Of a DNA stretch of 64,000 bases, positions 27,122 to 41,005 are shown one piece after another (position 1 is the first letter of the stretch; the number at the start of each line of letters is the position of its first letter). This DNA comes from Fimicolochytrium jonesii (taxonomy: Eukaryota). The notes under the pieces are model-generated. The model had not been told where the DNA came from, searched no databases, and saw only the letters and a list, made by a program, of their open reading frames with translations. The position numbers were made by a program, and so were the translations under genes. Location of the stretch: NCBI RefSeq assembly GCF_025526975.1, contig NW_026515687.1, positions 372,001-436,000 of the forward strand, written 5' to 3'.

Positions 27122-28792
27122 TCACACGTACGTAACAACGTCCATCTCGTCATCATTGTTCAGTGCGGAGTGATCGAACCCGAGGAATGGAACGAGAGTC
27201 GGATCACACGCTGTGGCGATCGAATGGCGGCGTCGCATCGTGTAGGGAATCGTCTGAAACGTGCCCTCCAACGCAGAATCGTCTTCGTCCGCATACTCGT
27301 CTGCGTGGCAGCTTTGCGAACGAACAAGCTCACATGGGTAGTCGGCGCTGAAGGAGGCGGTAGACGGTATGAACGGCGCGACAGACAGATCCATCGGCTG
27401 GCCAAACAGCTGCTCGCTATGGCTCGGGGAGACGTCGGGGATCATCGCCTGGGCGGCGGCGATATCCTCTTGAGTGATGTACGACGCATATTCTTGCAGG
27501 TTCGCGTAGGCCGGTTGGGGATAGCTGTGTCGTAGGATAGGTGTGAAGCCCAGTGTTCCGTGCTGAAGTTGAGGAGAGAGCGAGCTTACGGGCGTGAGAT
27601 ATTGCGCCGCGTGGAGCATGTCGTCTTCGTCGCTTGCGATCTCGGCTTCCATCTCGGGTGCGCAGTATACTGACGGGGCCCGAATTGCATGGGCTCCTTG
27701 AATCAGGTTCATTGCTGAACGTTGGGACCCGTAGAAGGTCTCTTCATGTTTATGGCCCTCAGAGTAAGGCAACTGGTGCGGTAAGCCAGGGTGTGTCTGA
27801 TAGGGCGACATATGCGTTTGGTGGAATTCCTCTTCGGAGTCGTCCTCTTCACCGCTGGGATGGTACTCGCTGGGGCAAGGCGACATGCGTTCGTGGGCGT
27901 AGATATCCGTTGCGTATGGACAGGGTTCATCGTAGCAAGGATAATAGAACGCACCCGCCGGTACGCCGTCAATCACCTCGTGGTCGTGGACATAGACGCC
28001 ATTGGGGAACACTGAGAAGCGAGTTGGTCACAATGTTTGAGAAATAAGAAGTTTGCGGAACTCATGTGATACGTACTGCAGATATCAACACCGGCAGCTT
28101 CGATCATCTCAGGAGTCTCATCGCCGTTATTGGTTGCCTGCATCAAGTTGATCGCTTCGGCAAACATCATGTTGGGGCTTGGGTACGGTAAGACCATTGG
28201 TGCAGCGGAGATGACCGATTTCCCATGCTCCTCGAACGAAAACGTGGCTGGGAAAATTGGGACGTCCGTGTCATGCTTCTTCGCTTGCGAAACTGAGCCG
28301 TTGCCTTGCTTGCATTTGCGCTTTTTAGCCACCGCCGACTCTTTCAGGGCTTTGGCTTTAGCTTCGGGGTCTTGATTGCGTTTGAGCTTTGCGCGCCTAT
28401 GGGAATGCGTATGCTTTATGTTAATGTCGCGCTCAGCGATTCCCTTAACAAAGCCCTTACCTATTCTGGAACCAAATCTGCACATTCCTTTCCGGCAATC
28501 CGACTTGTCCAGACAGCTTAGTTCGCAACGCCGCGTCCGGATTCGGGGTGGACTTGAATGTCGTTTCGAGGACGTGGATTTGCTCGCCGGTCAGGACTCT
28601 CCGCTTCTTCTTCTGGGCGGCCAGGTTGCAAGGACTGACATCGTCCATGCTGAAGGATCTGTGCAAAGCGGCGCGTTTGGCAAAAGTTGAAGTGTCGGTG
28701 TTTAGGAACTCCAAAACAGATAGGGAAGGAGATACACTTTGCGGTAGCAGGTCGGTGCCGTGCAATGGTGAGTCCATGTCGGAGAAGCTCAT
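27122..28792 (-). CDS. Homeodomain transcription factor, 3 exons
   Basis: KKKRRVLTGEQIHVLETTF...GLPERNVQIWFQNR|RAKLKR with an intron in helix 3; second intron ~28012-28076 keeps the frame. Confidence 0.92.
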
Positions 28793-30465
28793 GGGAAAAG
28801 GGACGCGACGCGTTCGTGGGAAAGTGCGCTGTGATGTAAGCGCTGCTTGCAGAAGACACTATACAGGTGGGAAAGAGACTTTCGTTCTGGCTCGGAAGTA
28901 AGATCCGGATGAAGAGTCGGTATGTGTCTTGTGCCAAATGTAGATTTGCGTGAAAGTGCCTGTTTGGCGAGTAAGGACTATGCGGTATGGAATCTGAGGG
29001 ATGAGGGAAAGAACGGGGCCGGGTCGCGCTGGGATGGCACTCGTTTTATCTCCAGGACAGCTCTCTTGAGTCTTGATGGAGCTTGGCGGAAGTTCACCCC
29101 GGAAGCCATGTCCTGTCTCCCCTCCCCACCGACACGGGGTCACATCCCTCCCTCCAGATACGCTTTACACACTAAAGGAGCTCCTGATATCTCTCTTCCC
29201 GATCTACGCCATCCATCGCCATGCTTTCTCGCCCGTGAGTATGTTTGCATTGTGCATGAAGACACTCACGAGACCTAGCCCTCGAGCGGGGATCTATGCG
29301 CGAATCGCGAGGGGATTTCTGGCTTCTCTCAGGGACGCGTCAAACGAACCCCTGCGCAGTTTTCCCACCTTCTTTTTTCTCTCCTTTGACGCGAAAGCAT
29401 GTCCGCCAGGGGTGATATCGTCAATTAAATGAGGCCCCGCAATTAGGTTTTGGGGATCACAACATACACATGCAGAACATGCAAGGGGTCGAAGTTGAAA
29501 TGGTCGCCCGCCGGCCCGGCGGTAGTGCCCCAGATAGTGGTTCGCATTGTGACGTCGTTCGCTACTTCGCATATCGCTTCGTCCATGGCGCGGAGAATGG
29601 CAGGGACAAAAGCCCGCCGCTGCATACTAGATCTGTCACCGATGGGATACCCTACCGCCTGGCGGCGGCCGACCCTTTGGGATCCGTCGTTTCAAGAACG
29701 GTAGACGGCGGCCCACCGATGTGCACACAGATACGACTGAGCATTAATGCGGACGGGCATGCGAAAGAAAGGGCGCTGTGGATGGACGAAGCGTACGTGC
29801 ATTACAACGCTGACGACGGACGTGCGCATGTATGCAGAAGGACCACACGTTTCCCTTCTTTCATGAGAAGGGCGGCGAAAAAACACTAGCGGCCGTCTAA
29901 CGTATCCAGTGCGGCCTAGGATGCCAAACCAATGCATGTGCTTAGTGACAAACGGCGGATCCAGCATCAGTCCAACGTCGTCGGAAGGGCTCGCGAGATC
30001 AAGGTTGGTGGCGGATCTTTGAGCATCGTTCTGCGACAACCCCCCTGTCCGGAGCGGCCGTGGTGACCAGACCGTTTCCGGACGTGCCACAAAATGGCCG
30101 ACCCCCAAACGATGATTATCCGCGGCGCGGGAGGCCGGTGACTTCCAATCCCCTAACTCCAGCCCTCAGACACCGGCCCGTTCTGCTGCTGTTCTCTCTT
30201 GTCCTGATCCTAAGTCCCTTCCTCCAATGGTGCGCTCTAGTAATTCCGAACAGAGTGGTGCAGGTTTCGCGTCGGTCGGTGCCATTACTTGTGATAACGC
30301 GTGGGAATCAGATCACCTCTTATCGTTGAGCGTGAACAGTGAGCAGCTCTGAAGTCCATTGGAGAAAGCCTTGTTCGTCGCGAACGAGAAGGAATAACTA
30401 GGAGACGAACGCTCGATACTAACCGCTCAATCTAAAAGTCACGTCGATCACTCACTCAGCCGAAA

Positions 30466-31791
30466 ATGCTCGCACACCTCTGGGCTGAAGGGCATGCTAA
30501 GCGTATGGATATGGATATCACTTCCGACGACGGCGATGAGGTGGTCATCTTGTCCGACAACGGTGACGACGAACGAGAGACCGAGGCTAAGGTCTCGAAC
30601 CCCGAGCATGAAGTAATCGCGGCAGCACACGCACTTCAGACCGACAAAACCTTGCCTGCGTCCGCCTTCACATGGCAACACACACTCCCGGCCGGTAAAA
30701 CCTTGTCATCGAGGCGGGATTCAGGCTGGACTGAGGGGGGATCTTGCGAGGATGCGATGCAAGACATGGAAGACGTGCAGTTTATTATGCCGCAGACTTC
30801 TCAACCGAGTCCGGATTCGATTATATTGTTGAAAACTCCGATCAAAGCGACAGCGGAACATGGATGGGCGACCGCATCTCGAGAGCCGGACGGCATGTCA
30901 ACAGCGCGTCTCACCAGTAAGAATACGGAGCTCTCGAAATCGCCAGACACGTCGAAACCGAAGACAGCGGATCTCTCTTACAAAGCTAAAAAGCTCTCGA
31001 AACAACAGCCAGTGGAACCCATTTGGATCCTGTCAGACGACGAAGAAACTGCATCTAGAAAGGAAGTGAAGAAGACCGCCAAGCCATCGGGGTGTCATTT
31101 CCTGGTCAAACGGAAGTCGAAAGTCGTCAAGCGCAAGGTGGCGTTGAGCTCAAGTTGGCGGCACCAGTGCTTCGAACTCGGAACCCCCATGCCTCGCACC
31201 GGTCACAACAGCAGCGCGATGGGCATCAAACAAGAGAAGAAGATCGTCTGCTATGCTGATGGCGGCTACATCAACATGACCTGGCCCGTCCCGGGGTTCG
31301 AGCGTACTTTGATGCACATCGCTTATATTGGCGTCTATTTCCCGAAGGAGCAGAGATCAAACGTTTCCCAGCTTGTAAAGGCGACAAGTTCATTCGAAGC
31401 CGAGCTAAGCGCAGCAATCATCGCACTTCAAAAGATCGGTTCGGGCGTCGACGTCGAAATCCGAACCGACTGCCAAGACGTCATCACCGAAATGAAGACC
31501 TTCCAACGCAGCTCAAAGTGTTGTAAGATTCTCGAGCTACCCATCGCAGAAAGAGAGATGGCAGTATGGCGGGGCTTTGGAAGGGATGCACGGTCTGAAC
31601 TTTTTAAAGCGATCGTTACGCGCGAGGGCCTTACGAAAATCGTGTGGGTGAAGGCGCATGCCGGCCTTTCGGGGAATGAGGAGGCGGACATGTTGGCGAC
31701 AGTTGCGAGGACAACGCTGGTGCGGTATCTTGTTGAGGATCCGCACAGGGTGTGCTACTTGGACGATATTCTGTGCGAGCCGAGGCATTGA
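30466..31791 (+). CDS. Stand-alone RNase H (type 1-like) with long disordered N-terminus
   Basis: Catalytic set YADGG, EAELSA, IRTDCQ, WVKAHAG, GNEEADMLA; single uninterrupted ORF. Confidence 0.85.
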   Translation: MLAHLWAEGHAKRMDMDITSDDGDEVVILSDNGDDERETEAKVSNPEHEVIAAAHALQTDKTLPASAFTWQHTLPAGKTLSSRRDSGWTEGGSCEDAMQDMEDVQFIMPQTSQPSPDSIILLKTPIKATAEHGWATASREPDGMSTARLTSKNTELSKSPDTSKPKTADLSYKAKKLSKQQPVEPIWILSDDEETASRKEVKKTAKPSGCHFLVKRKSKVVKRKVALSSSWRHQCFELGTPMPRTGHNSSAMGIKQEKKIVCYADGGYINMTWPVPGFERTLMHIAYIGVYFPKEQRSNVSQLVKATSSFEAELSAAIIALQKIGSGVDVEIRTDCQDVITEMKTFQRSSKCCKILELPIAEREMAVWRGFGRDARSELFKAIVTREGLTKIVWVKAHAGLSGNEEADMLATVARTTLVRYLVEDPHRVCYLDDILCEPRH

Positions 31792-34409
31792 AAAGCGTTG
31801 GATTGCGGGCGAGTTTCGCGGGGGGAATGGGAAGTCTCATCGCTACTATCTTTATGAGTGTTGGACCTGTGAAAGTTGGGTGTGGGAAACCGAAATGTAT
31901 GGTACATAGCCCATCTACTTTTGACGCCTTCCAGTTTCACCGTTCTTTTGTGTATGGTCGACTAAGACTTTAATGTTCGTGGTGCTTTTTTGCACCGGAA
32001 TGAGATTGACTCTTCATCACTTCTCCTGTCGGCATTGTCCTTGGATTCTAATAATAATGGCCCATTATGCACAATCTGGGGAGGCGATGACGCTGAAGAA
32101 GTCGCCTACAACTGTCCTTCCGGCTATCTCTTCAGGGGTATCTTAGGGGATTTCTTCGCCCTTTTCGTCAACATGAGAAAGAAAGACGCAGAGGAAGAAA
32201 ACGCCGTACACTTAGCTTCAGTATCGGCACTTTTTGAAGTAGAGTCTTGCTAAAACCATCCTTCAACCCCACTTGAACACCCCATCCCGGAACCAACGAA
32301 CCCGACTCAAAATATCAATCTCACGCGTATCAGCGTCTCAAAGCGAAACAGGAGACAACCGATTAAAAAATGAGACCACGTTCATTCTTCTGCTATTGAC
32401 AAGCCAACGGACCATTCTAAGACAGCAAAGTCGCTCTGTATCCCGTGCCTTTTTCAAGGGCAGGATGAGGAGCGGCTCGGATGCCTTCGGGTCGCGCCGG
32501 GAATAACTAAGCAGGTTTTGGGAGGAAGTCGAAAGATGACTAGACACTGGCGACCGAGCAGAGGACTTGCGGCATGTGACGGATAGGGTGCTCTGCTGGG
32601 TTGTTTGGCGTCCAGTCCATCGTCGACTGTGAGGAGTTCTGAGGTGATATCCGCAGAGCTGCACCAGTTCGTTTTCTGTACGAACGCCCAACAGAAAGCT
32701 CGATTTGGAAGTCACATGATCGAAACGAAGAAACGAAAGTTTGACAGTCATTCGTCAAGCCGTTAACAGGGACATAATGTAGCGCGAGCCGTTTTCACGG
32801 CCATATACCGCTACAGGGGGATTCTCTTCGAAAGGATGCTCAAAGGTTTCTTTCCTTTGATATCTTCCAAACGCCACATAAGATCATAATCGAGCATGTT
32901 ATAGAACGCCTTTTCAACTCCCTCCAATTCAGGACCGACAGCGGGTGTCAGTTCCAGGTTCGGCTCCCCATAATGACCCATGAACTCCAGTCCCATCTCA
33001 ACTCTATGCCTGCCCTAACACCGCGGAATCTGAACACCAGTGGATCCGCCTAAGTAATCGCCCCATCCAACGTTGTGCTGCGAAGAAACGTCACCGGCGT
33101 CCGTTGACGTCTACTCCCTGGACCGTGAGCTCGTACCGGTCCCTAGTCCGACCGCCCGCAAAGCCACTTCTAAACGACGATGGCCCACGCTCAGCGGCCC
33201 ATCTATCTCAGCTTGGCCTGGGCTTTGGTGGGCAGTCGCACCCGACCAGGCGCCGGTGGAGCCGCCGGACATGGAGGGATGGGCAGTGTTACCGGTTCCC
33301 GTCGAGGTGGATGTGTTTTGACCTTTGGGCATGGGGGTGCGATGTCGTTTCATGTTGGAGGAATCGACGATGGTGTAAGGATGCAAAGCTAGGCACGGGC
33401 CGTGTTGTTCTCTTCAATCTCACGTACAAGGGCGTCTAGCGGCACGTCTGGCCACGTTCATATAGGCAGGGGCGAAGAGTGGATGGTCATTCGATCGGGC
33501 TGTATTGAGATGTGATGTCAGGCGTCCATGAGGAGTTTCTGCACTGAGGAGCTAACTTTGAAAACTCGGTTCCTTTCTGAGGAGCTTGGTATATTCTCCA
33601 ATGGAGAAGGCATGTCATTCGATTCGTATCCCGACGTCGCATGCAAACGTCCCGCGGAGGTTGTGAGCTCTCCACACATACGTGCCTGGAGCAGGAACGA
33701 GATTCTCATTTGCTTGGGGATATCTCCACATGCACACACTGAGAAAGGGGCAGAAAAAAGCACACATATACAGGAATTGGAACTGCAGAAGCGGTGGGGA
33801 TGATTCTGCTCACAAAGGAGGGCGAGTTCTTTGGCATCAAAAATAGTCCAACGGGTGTCAATACTCCTGTCGAAAGTTCACACAAGTTTGAATACCGGGT
33901 CACGTGATGCGTGCTGACCAACGGTGACGCGTTTCGCCCCATGTTCTCCGCAAGGCTGTGCGAGAGCTCTCTGTTTTTCCCCAGTTCTCGGCCGGTGGGA
34001 AAAGCCTGCAATCTGCCGAGAGTCATCCACCCACTGTCCAACGTTCGAAGGCAAATATATGGACCGTGTCCAGCAGTAGAACCCAGGCTCTGAGATCGAA
34101 AGAAACACCAGCGAGCGCTCAATATCCTGTTCGTCATTGGTTTGCAAGAGGTGTAGACTTCATTGCAACCGTGGGAAACTACAGGGTCTTGGCAAGGGCA
34201 ACCTGCACACAGGCAGCAACCGCTGCAACCGCTGACCTGAGCAATCAACCTCAACATCAAGCGTTCGGGCTTCTTGACAAGCAGAGTCTGTTCGACCTCT
34301 TCAGCACCGACTTTAAAAAGCGATTCGCAACTGCCATATCCCCATACTCCTAAGGACCTGTCGAACGTCAAAAAACTTCCGGCCGCCAGCTTTCTAGGAC
34401 TATCTCAAG

Positions 34410-35181
34410 ATGGCCACTACTATAACTACGTACAGCGATCCCCACCAATCTGTTTCGGGCCACACCGCTCCTCCTCCGCCTCTCCTGGCTTTCGATCATT
34501 TGACAGCGATTAGGGATGCGATTACGAGCCCCAATACCTCACCAGAGGAGCGCAAGCAGCTATTTGTGGTCTTGCAGCAACTGGGGATCAGTGTCGACGC
34601 TCTGATAGCAGCGGCGCCTCCGAATTCAATGGCTGTCGCAAATGGACTGCAGAACTTGCCAGCGTTAGGCCAGGAACAGTCGCAGCAGCTTCATACTGGC
34701 TCACAGGTGCCCGCGGACCCTAGATTGGCAGCCCAGAAACAGAAACAGTCAACGACCAGCCCGCAACCTGATGCGGGAGGGTTAAAAGTTCGTTCTGATG
34801 CTAAGGCAGCGCTAAGTCAGAAACATGGGGGAGTGAATGCGGGCCAATCTCAAAGCAAGAAGATGGACAACTCAGAAAGGTAAATTTTCGTAGGTGCATA
34901 GCTTGGTCTCTTCCCAATTTAGTATTGAGGACTGCAGCGTGTAGACCCTCAGATCCAGTCGCTAAACCGTCCCGACTCGGGTCATAAATTCTTCGTTTGT
35001 GCTTATCAATTTACCTTCTCGATAGTTTCGAAGGAGCTTTATATACCCGTCGAGCAGATGTTGGTCAGGCAGATGTGACGTCTACTGATAGTCCAAGTCT
35101 CGCTCGGAAACGACCTCGTTCGCCACCATCGCCAACTAAAACTGCTCCCATACCACCGGCCGATGATAGAAGACGGAGCGA
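34410..35181 (+). CDS. Hypothetical low-complexity protein, spliced, ends uncertain
   Basis: 157-aa ORF ending at a GTAAAT donor, in-frame acceptor near 35026, next GTAAGT donor near 35182; RKRPR possible NLS. Confidence 0.35.
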
Positions 35182-36843
35182 CGTAAGTAGCTATTTTGGT
35201 GTTTGTTGTGCTCGAAGTGATTGCAGGTTCTTATCAATTGTCACTCGTTTTTTCCTCCTTCAATCTTTCCTTCTCCTACTCCTGTTCCTGCTCTACGCTC
35301 TCGATCTCAACCTCAATCGCACTCATGCCATGCATACCCTTCTTCCAACCCCATCAAAACCTGCAAAAACGGAACTAATTTGTCACCTCCTATGAAACTG
35401 ACCTATGATGTGTCCTTGACGTGCGTCCTCACCGCAACTTCAATCATGTCCATCGATCTGTTTGGATCACTGGCACTGTTCTGGATTGGCTTGGTTTACT
35501 GTGTTGGTTCTCGTCATATCTACCTGCCATGAATCCTTGCCAATGGACTTCGAATGCGCTTGACGACTCGATACACGACCTGCTCAACTTTCGATACGAC
35601 ATCTCTTGCTCCTCTGTGCGTCATGAATGTTTCTCAATGGCTATCAGTCAACGCAAGCGACCCGCAGAGACAGTCAACCCGATCAACCCAACAAACGCAA
35701 GCTACCCGCAGGAGTCCGCACAAATACAGCCGGCTCCCGTCCAATGGTCTCCTCGCCCTCTCCCATCTCCCCGACACCACCAACATGGACTGTGGAAGCA
35801 GCATCCTCAGAAACGCGCGCATGGTTGGTTGTCCCCGACGCCCGGTTCAAGAATCGCGTTGTTCCCGTCCTGCGGTATTGAAAAAGCGAAAGTTCGAAAG
35901 GGAAGCCACAGAGCTTCTCGGCTGAAAACATTTATGGGTGGGTGGGAATGTGTGGTATAGAGTAAAAGGCGTGCTGCAACATTGGTACGGTGCCCGGGGG
36001 CGAGGGGAGGGGGAGGTTTATCGTCAACACTGTTACTTAGTCCTGCATATTAAAGGACTGAACACGCCAAGATGCAATACTACTCCCAAGTTTTGGTTTC
36101 TGATTCCCTAGATTCCCTAGTTGATGTCCGAGTTCCCGCGTATCGACAATATACAGGGGCATGTGTGCCTCTCAATAAACGTATAACACTGTGGTTTTTT
36201 GTGTGTTCGCACATGTGTATGATTTGGTGAGGGTCAAGAATGTGTTCCATCCACGGGAGATCCACGGCATCCACGGTGTAAGGTGTTCCGTGACAGTCCA
36301 ACCAGTCCCTACCTATCGCTACCCTCCCTGGGATTCTTTGCCAATACTCCAGAGCGGTGCCCTCCCGCCTACGCACTTTGAGGGAGCAGCTGGGTGGAAG
36401 ACGCTTGAAAGGCGCCGGGAAGATGTGTCGCTTTTGGCAAGGCATCGGGATAGCGCGGGACAGTCGGGCCTTCTCTGCTCTCCGCGCAGCGCCGTCCGCC
36501 TGGAGAAATCTACGTAATGCTGTCGAGTATGGATGGGAGGGTGACGTGAGCCAACGCTGGGGAGCCGGTTGAGCCCGGAGCGGGTATGCGAAGGGAGATC
36601 CTCGGGTGGCCATGATAGGCTCATAGTGTTTTCCACAAGTAAGGAACAACATTTTCAACATAAAGGAATACGTCTGTAAGGAAGTCCATCTTGTAACAGT
36701 AAAAGGAAAAAATACACATGAATGGTCAAGTGCCCAAAAGAAGTAAAGGTTGCGCACATCAACTAGCTCGACGAGAAAAAGGGTCCAGAAGCGACTAACT
36801 GGGCAGAAAGTGGGAAGACGCCAAGATATGGGGAGGAATCTAT

Positions 36844-39762
36844 CTACTTTTTGACTTGGAGAACCAAGGCTGATCGGCTGGGCAGGTAGACCTGCCAAAA
36901 GACAAGGGATATGCATGCGCGTCAGTCGTCCGTATGCCAGCCCGCCAAACGCACCGCCCCCGAGTACAAACCTGAATATAATTCTTCCGATCATTCCACG
37001 GCTGCGCGGTACTGAAAAACTTCGTCTTGCGATCAACCCTCGCATGCCCACAAAACTCCTTCCAATCACTATCCAACACAATCTCATACGTCCCCGCCCA
37101 TTCCGTCCCGATCCTGTAATCCACAAAACTCTGCGTCGGGTTGAAATTGAAGATCCACAGCAGACCGTCGCCGCGCTCGAACGCGATGACCTTGTCCCCT
37201 TCGTGCTTGAGGGAGACGTATTGGTGCGGGGAGGTGAAGAAGTGAGTGGTGGATTCGAGGGTGTTCATGGCTTTGTCGAATTCGTTAAGGTATTTGTAGC
37301 GGAGGAGCTTGTCGTCGATCAGGTTGTATTGGCGCCGGGCGTAGTGGAAGGAGGAGTTGTTGCCGGCGCGGGGGAAGTCCTGGGGGATTGTGAATCGTTG
37401 TGAGCAAATGCCTTTATGATTCTCCTCGCATAAAGAAGGTCGGTCGATTGTTAGGGGTACTCACCAACCACTCAGGGTGACCAAACTCATTGCCCATAAA
37501 GTTCAAGTACCCTTCACCTCCCAGTGCAAAAGTTATCAGACGAATCATCTTGTGCAGCGACAAACCGCGGTCCACCACGGGCGTAAGCTCAGTGAGATCC
37601 GACATGTTGGTATACATCTCCTTGTCCATGAGCCAGAAAGCGATCGTCTTGTCTCCAACCAGAGCTTGGTCGTGCGATTCGCAGTATGCGATTGTCGGTT
37701 CCTGGAAGTGACATGGATTACGAACGAAATTCTTTCTCCGGCACTTCAGAAAAGCGCGTGCCTACCTTGTATCTGCGGTTTGTCAGGGTGTGAACGAGAT
37801 GGCCCATTTCCCATTGCTCGTCCTGGCAGAGAACTTTCGTCAGCAAGACAGCGGACAGGAAGATACCCAGTGCATCCTAAACCCACCGTCTTCTCCTTCA
37901 AAAGCTTAATCCACATATCCGGAATCGCCATAGCGAGTCTATAATCAAACCCAATCCCACTCTCCGACACCGGTCGACACAGCGTCGGCATACCCGAAAC
38001 ATCCTCAGCAATGGTGACAATATGCGGGTGAAGTTTGTGCATGATCTCATTCGCGAGCATCATGTAAACGATAGACTCGGTATCGGCTTGCGAGCCAAAG
38101 TAATCGTCGTAGCCGCCTCCAAATCCGGCGCCGAGACCGTGGTGGGTGTAGAGCATGCTGGTGACGCCGTCGAAACGGAAGCCGTCGAAGCCGAACTCGA
38201 CGATCCAGTAGCGGAGGTTGGAGAGGAGGAAGCGGAGGACTTCGTGGTGGCCGTAGTTGAAAAGTCTAGTTTCGAGTTAGTGGTGAGCCTAACGGCGCTT
38301 TCGTCAATCAGTGCCAATTACATGTGCCTACCGACTGTCCCACAACTCGTGTCGGCCACGTCCACCCTCATGGAAGAAGCAGTGATCTGTGTCGTGAAAG
38401 TAAATCAGCCTGCGAACTCGATGAATGCATACGGAGCTAGTCGCACATACCAGTGCCGTCAAACTCATTGATTCCATCCGCCACATTCTTCGAGGAGTGC
38501 GAGTGCACAACATCCAAAAGCACAGTGATCCCCATTCCATGGGCAGCATCGATAAGCTCCATCAAATCCTCCGGTGTTCCTAAAGATAGTTTGTCAGTTC
38601 AAGGCGGAATGGAAAGTGCAAAAGATCTTCGGTAGTGCTCTACATACCACATCTGCTGCTTGGCGCAAAGTAGTTGGTAACCTGATATCCAAAACTGGCG
38701 TAGTAAGGATGCTCCATCACAGCCATCAACTGGATCGTGTTGTAGCCCAGGTACGCAATGCGTGGGAGCGTCTGCGTACGGAACTCCTTATATGTCGCGA
38801 CTTTCGGCTCGGGTGATGAGATACCAACTATAATCGAAAGACAGTAGAATGTAAGCGGATGACAAGCTTTTTGGGAAATAATATAAAATATCCATACCAT
38901 GCGACTCGTAAATGCGAAGCTCCTTTGGTCGTGCCGGAGGCTTGTTCTTGAAGACGTATTTCTTCGGCGGGTTCCAGAAGATACCGTCATAAACTGGGCT
39001 GACGCTCAGATCCTGGGTGGCACGCTTGATCATGGCGGGTATGCGCTCGATACGCTCTCCGTTGGGTTTGGTCATCGAGATCTGGATGTGTTTTGAATCG
39101 TAAATGTCCGATGCCCTTCGTGCTTTAAGGACCCTCCGTGAGCATGATCAGCAGTACCTACTTTCACTTTCGAGTCGTGTGGAATAGCCGGAGAGCCATC
39201 AGCCTTCTTCGGGAGCTTGACCTCCCACACTCCAAAGTCCAGCTTCTTCATAGGGTGCGACTCCCTGTTCCAGGAGTCTGAATGATGGAAAATTGATTTA
39301 TGCACGAATGAGCGTGGATGAACTAGTCGCTCTTCACTGATCCCATGCGATCTCCAGCCAACCCCGGGACAAGGCAGTTTACCGCTTTCGCAATGCGTTC
39401 ATTCGAACAATACTCACTGAACTCGCCAATCAAAGCCGTGGAAGTAACCCCCGGAGCCCACTCCCTGTAAGTAATCTCTCCCGTCTTTGCATCCACATTG
39501 AAGCCCAGCCGTTCCCATCCCCTCGTAAACTTGTCGATGCCTCCCTCATCCTTGTTGATCGTGTCCATCCACCGCGAGAATTGCGCGTATCTAATAGAGA
39601 GATCGCACAGGTAAGTAGATGCCACCGACGCGTAGATGGTGAAGGCGGGAAGGATACGCCGTACCTGTGCTCGATGACGCCGGTGTAGGGCTTGAGATAA
39701 GGGTCATCCTGGATAAGCTGGTCTGTGTTGGCGGCCTTCGTGGCTTGGTGCGCGGGAGGCAT
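36844..39762 (-). CDS. GLC3: 1,4-alpha-glucan branching enzyme (GH13), multi-exon
   Basis: [59 protein letters not shown], terminal [11 protein letters not shown]. Confidence 0.97.
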
Positions 39763-41005
39763 CGTGGCTGAAGATGATGGTTGAAGGTGGTAATGAAGAG
39801 TGATACGATACGAAGCCTGTGGTGGTGGTAAGTCGTATGTATTGCAGTGCGTGCTAGTCAAAAACTAGTTATGAGTTCAGCTTGCAGGTTCGGTGGGGAA
39901 TTCGGTATGAATGCTGTGTTCTTTTGAAGGTTGAAAAAAGCCAGTAGCAGAATGGGGCTGATGGATTCTCATTTGGGGAATGGGGCTCCGAAAGTCAATT
40001 CAGAATGTGCGTCATCAGCCATCTGTGCTTTGCCCGCAGTAAGCAAGAACGCGCACCACGCACACTCATCCCTTTCGTGACTTCAACCCCCCCCCCCCCC
40101 CCCCCATCGATGGACCTCTTCGTGAACTGTCCAAATCAAGGATGGATATGGATGTCATGCAACCGACGCAAACGGTCTGATAGGCTCATCGCACAAGCGC
40201 AAGTCTGCATTTACAGCATACTGTACAAAGAGTTGAGAAGAATGACATATCCCTAGGGCGGCTACGGCACTTCGAGGCACCTCCCCACGTTGAGTCGCAG
40301 CCGTTGCGTACCGGTAACAAGGCGGTCGATACTACCTGCGAAGGTTGGCGTCGACACCCTACAGGCAAGAGCATCATGGCTCGCCGTTGGCGAGTAGACA
40401 AAGTCAAAAACCACGTATTGTGGATGAACTCACGGGCCCTGCATCCATCGGTTGCAAGAGCAGCTTTGTTCCCATCACTTATAACAGTATAAGAAACGGT
40501 ACGAGACGTGTCAAACTGCAATGTTGTTTACCAATGACGCTCAAGTTGACGGTCGTTTGTGAATGCTCGGAACGGTTGGAATTGAGACCCCAGTGCCCTG
40601 GGAAGAACGGGAGAACAACGATGAGCAATCCAGGTCGCGGGAAAGTGATGACAGCATTCCCCGCGCGCGTTGCTTGCCACAGTGTTTGACTCTGTTTCCG
40701 CCTGCGCCACCAACCACCCGGACCCTGCTCCCTCCGTGCGTGCTATTTCGAGCTCAGTGGGAAAAAAGGCACTGGAAAAAACATATGTAAACGGGTCCCC
40801 GCTTCGCTCAGCACGTTGCCGCCATCGGGGCTCTTACTTGTGAAAAAGGCGCACAGCAAACCACCTTTCTGCACAAGCTTATCTCTGAGAAACTGCAAGC
40901 ACGTTGTCTGCCCCAGGAATCCAAGGATCCCACGTATATAACAACTGCCACTGTCAAGGACGAAACTCCGCATTTGCGTCAACCCGAACGCATAGTATAG
41001 TCGTC

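Noticed and set aside
27122..28792. Homeodomain gene as a mating-type locus
   Set aside because: No divergent partner HD gene or known MAT-linked neighbours
30466..31791. Retrotransposon around the RNase H
   Set aside because: No RT, integrase, gag, LTRs or target-site duplication visible
31990..33450. Fragmentary minus-strand coding-like region
   Set aside because: Many stops and no recognisable motif or consistent splice model
36080..36840. Distal part of the 348-aa minus-strand ORF
   Set aside because: Out-of-frame read-through of the GLC3 3' end and downstream sequence; no domain signal
40087..40105. Poly-C tract (also poly-G near 60815-60828 and 12-nt duplications near 13113 and 57668)
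   Set aside because: Ordinary slippage repeats; no CRISPR-like or larger array structure
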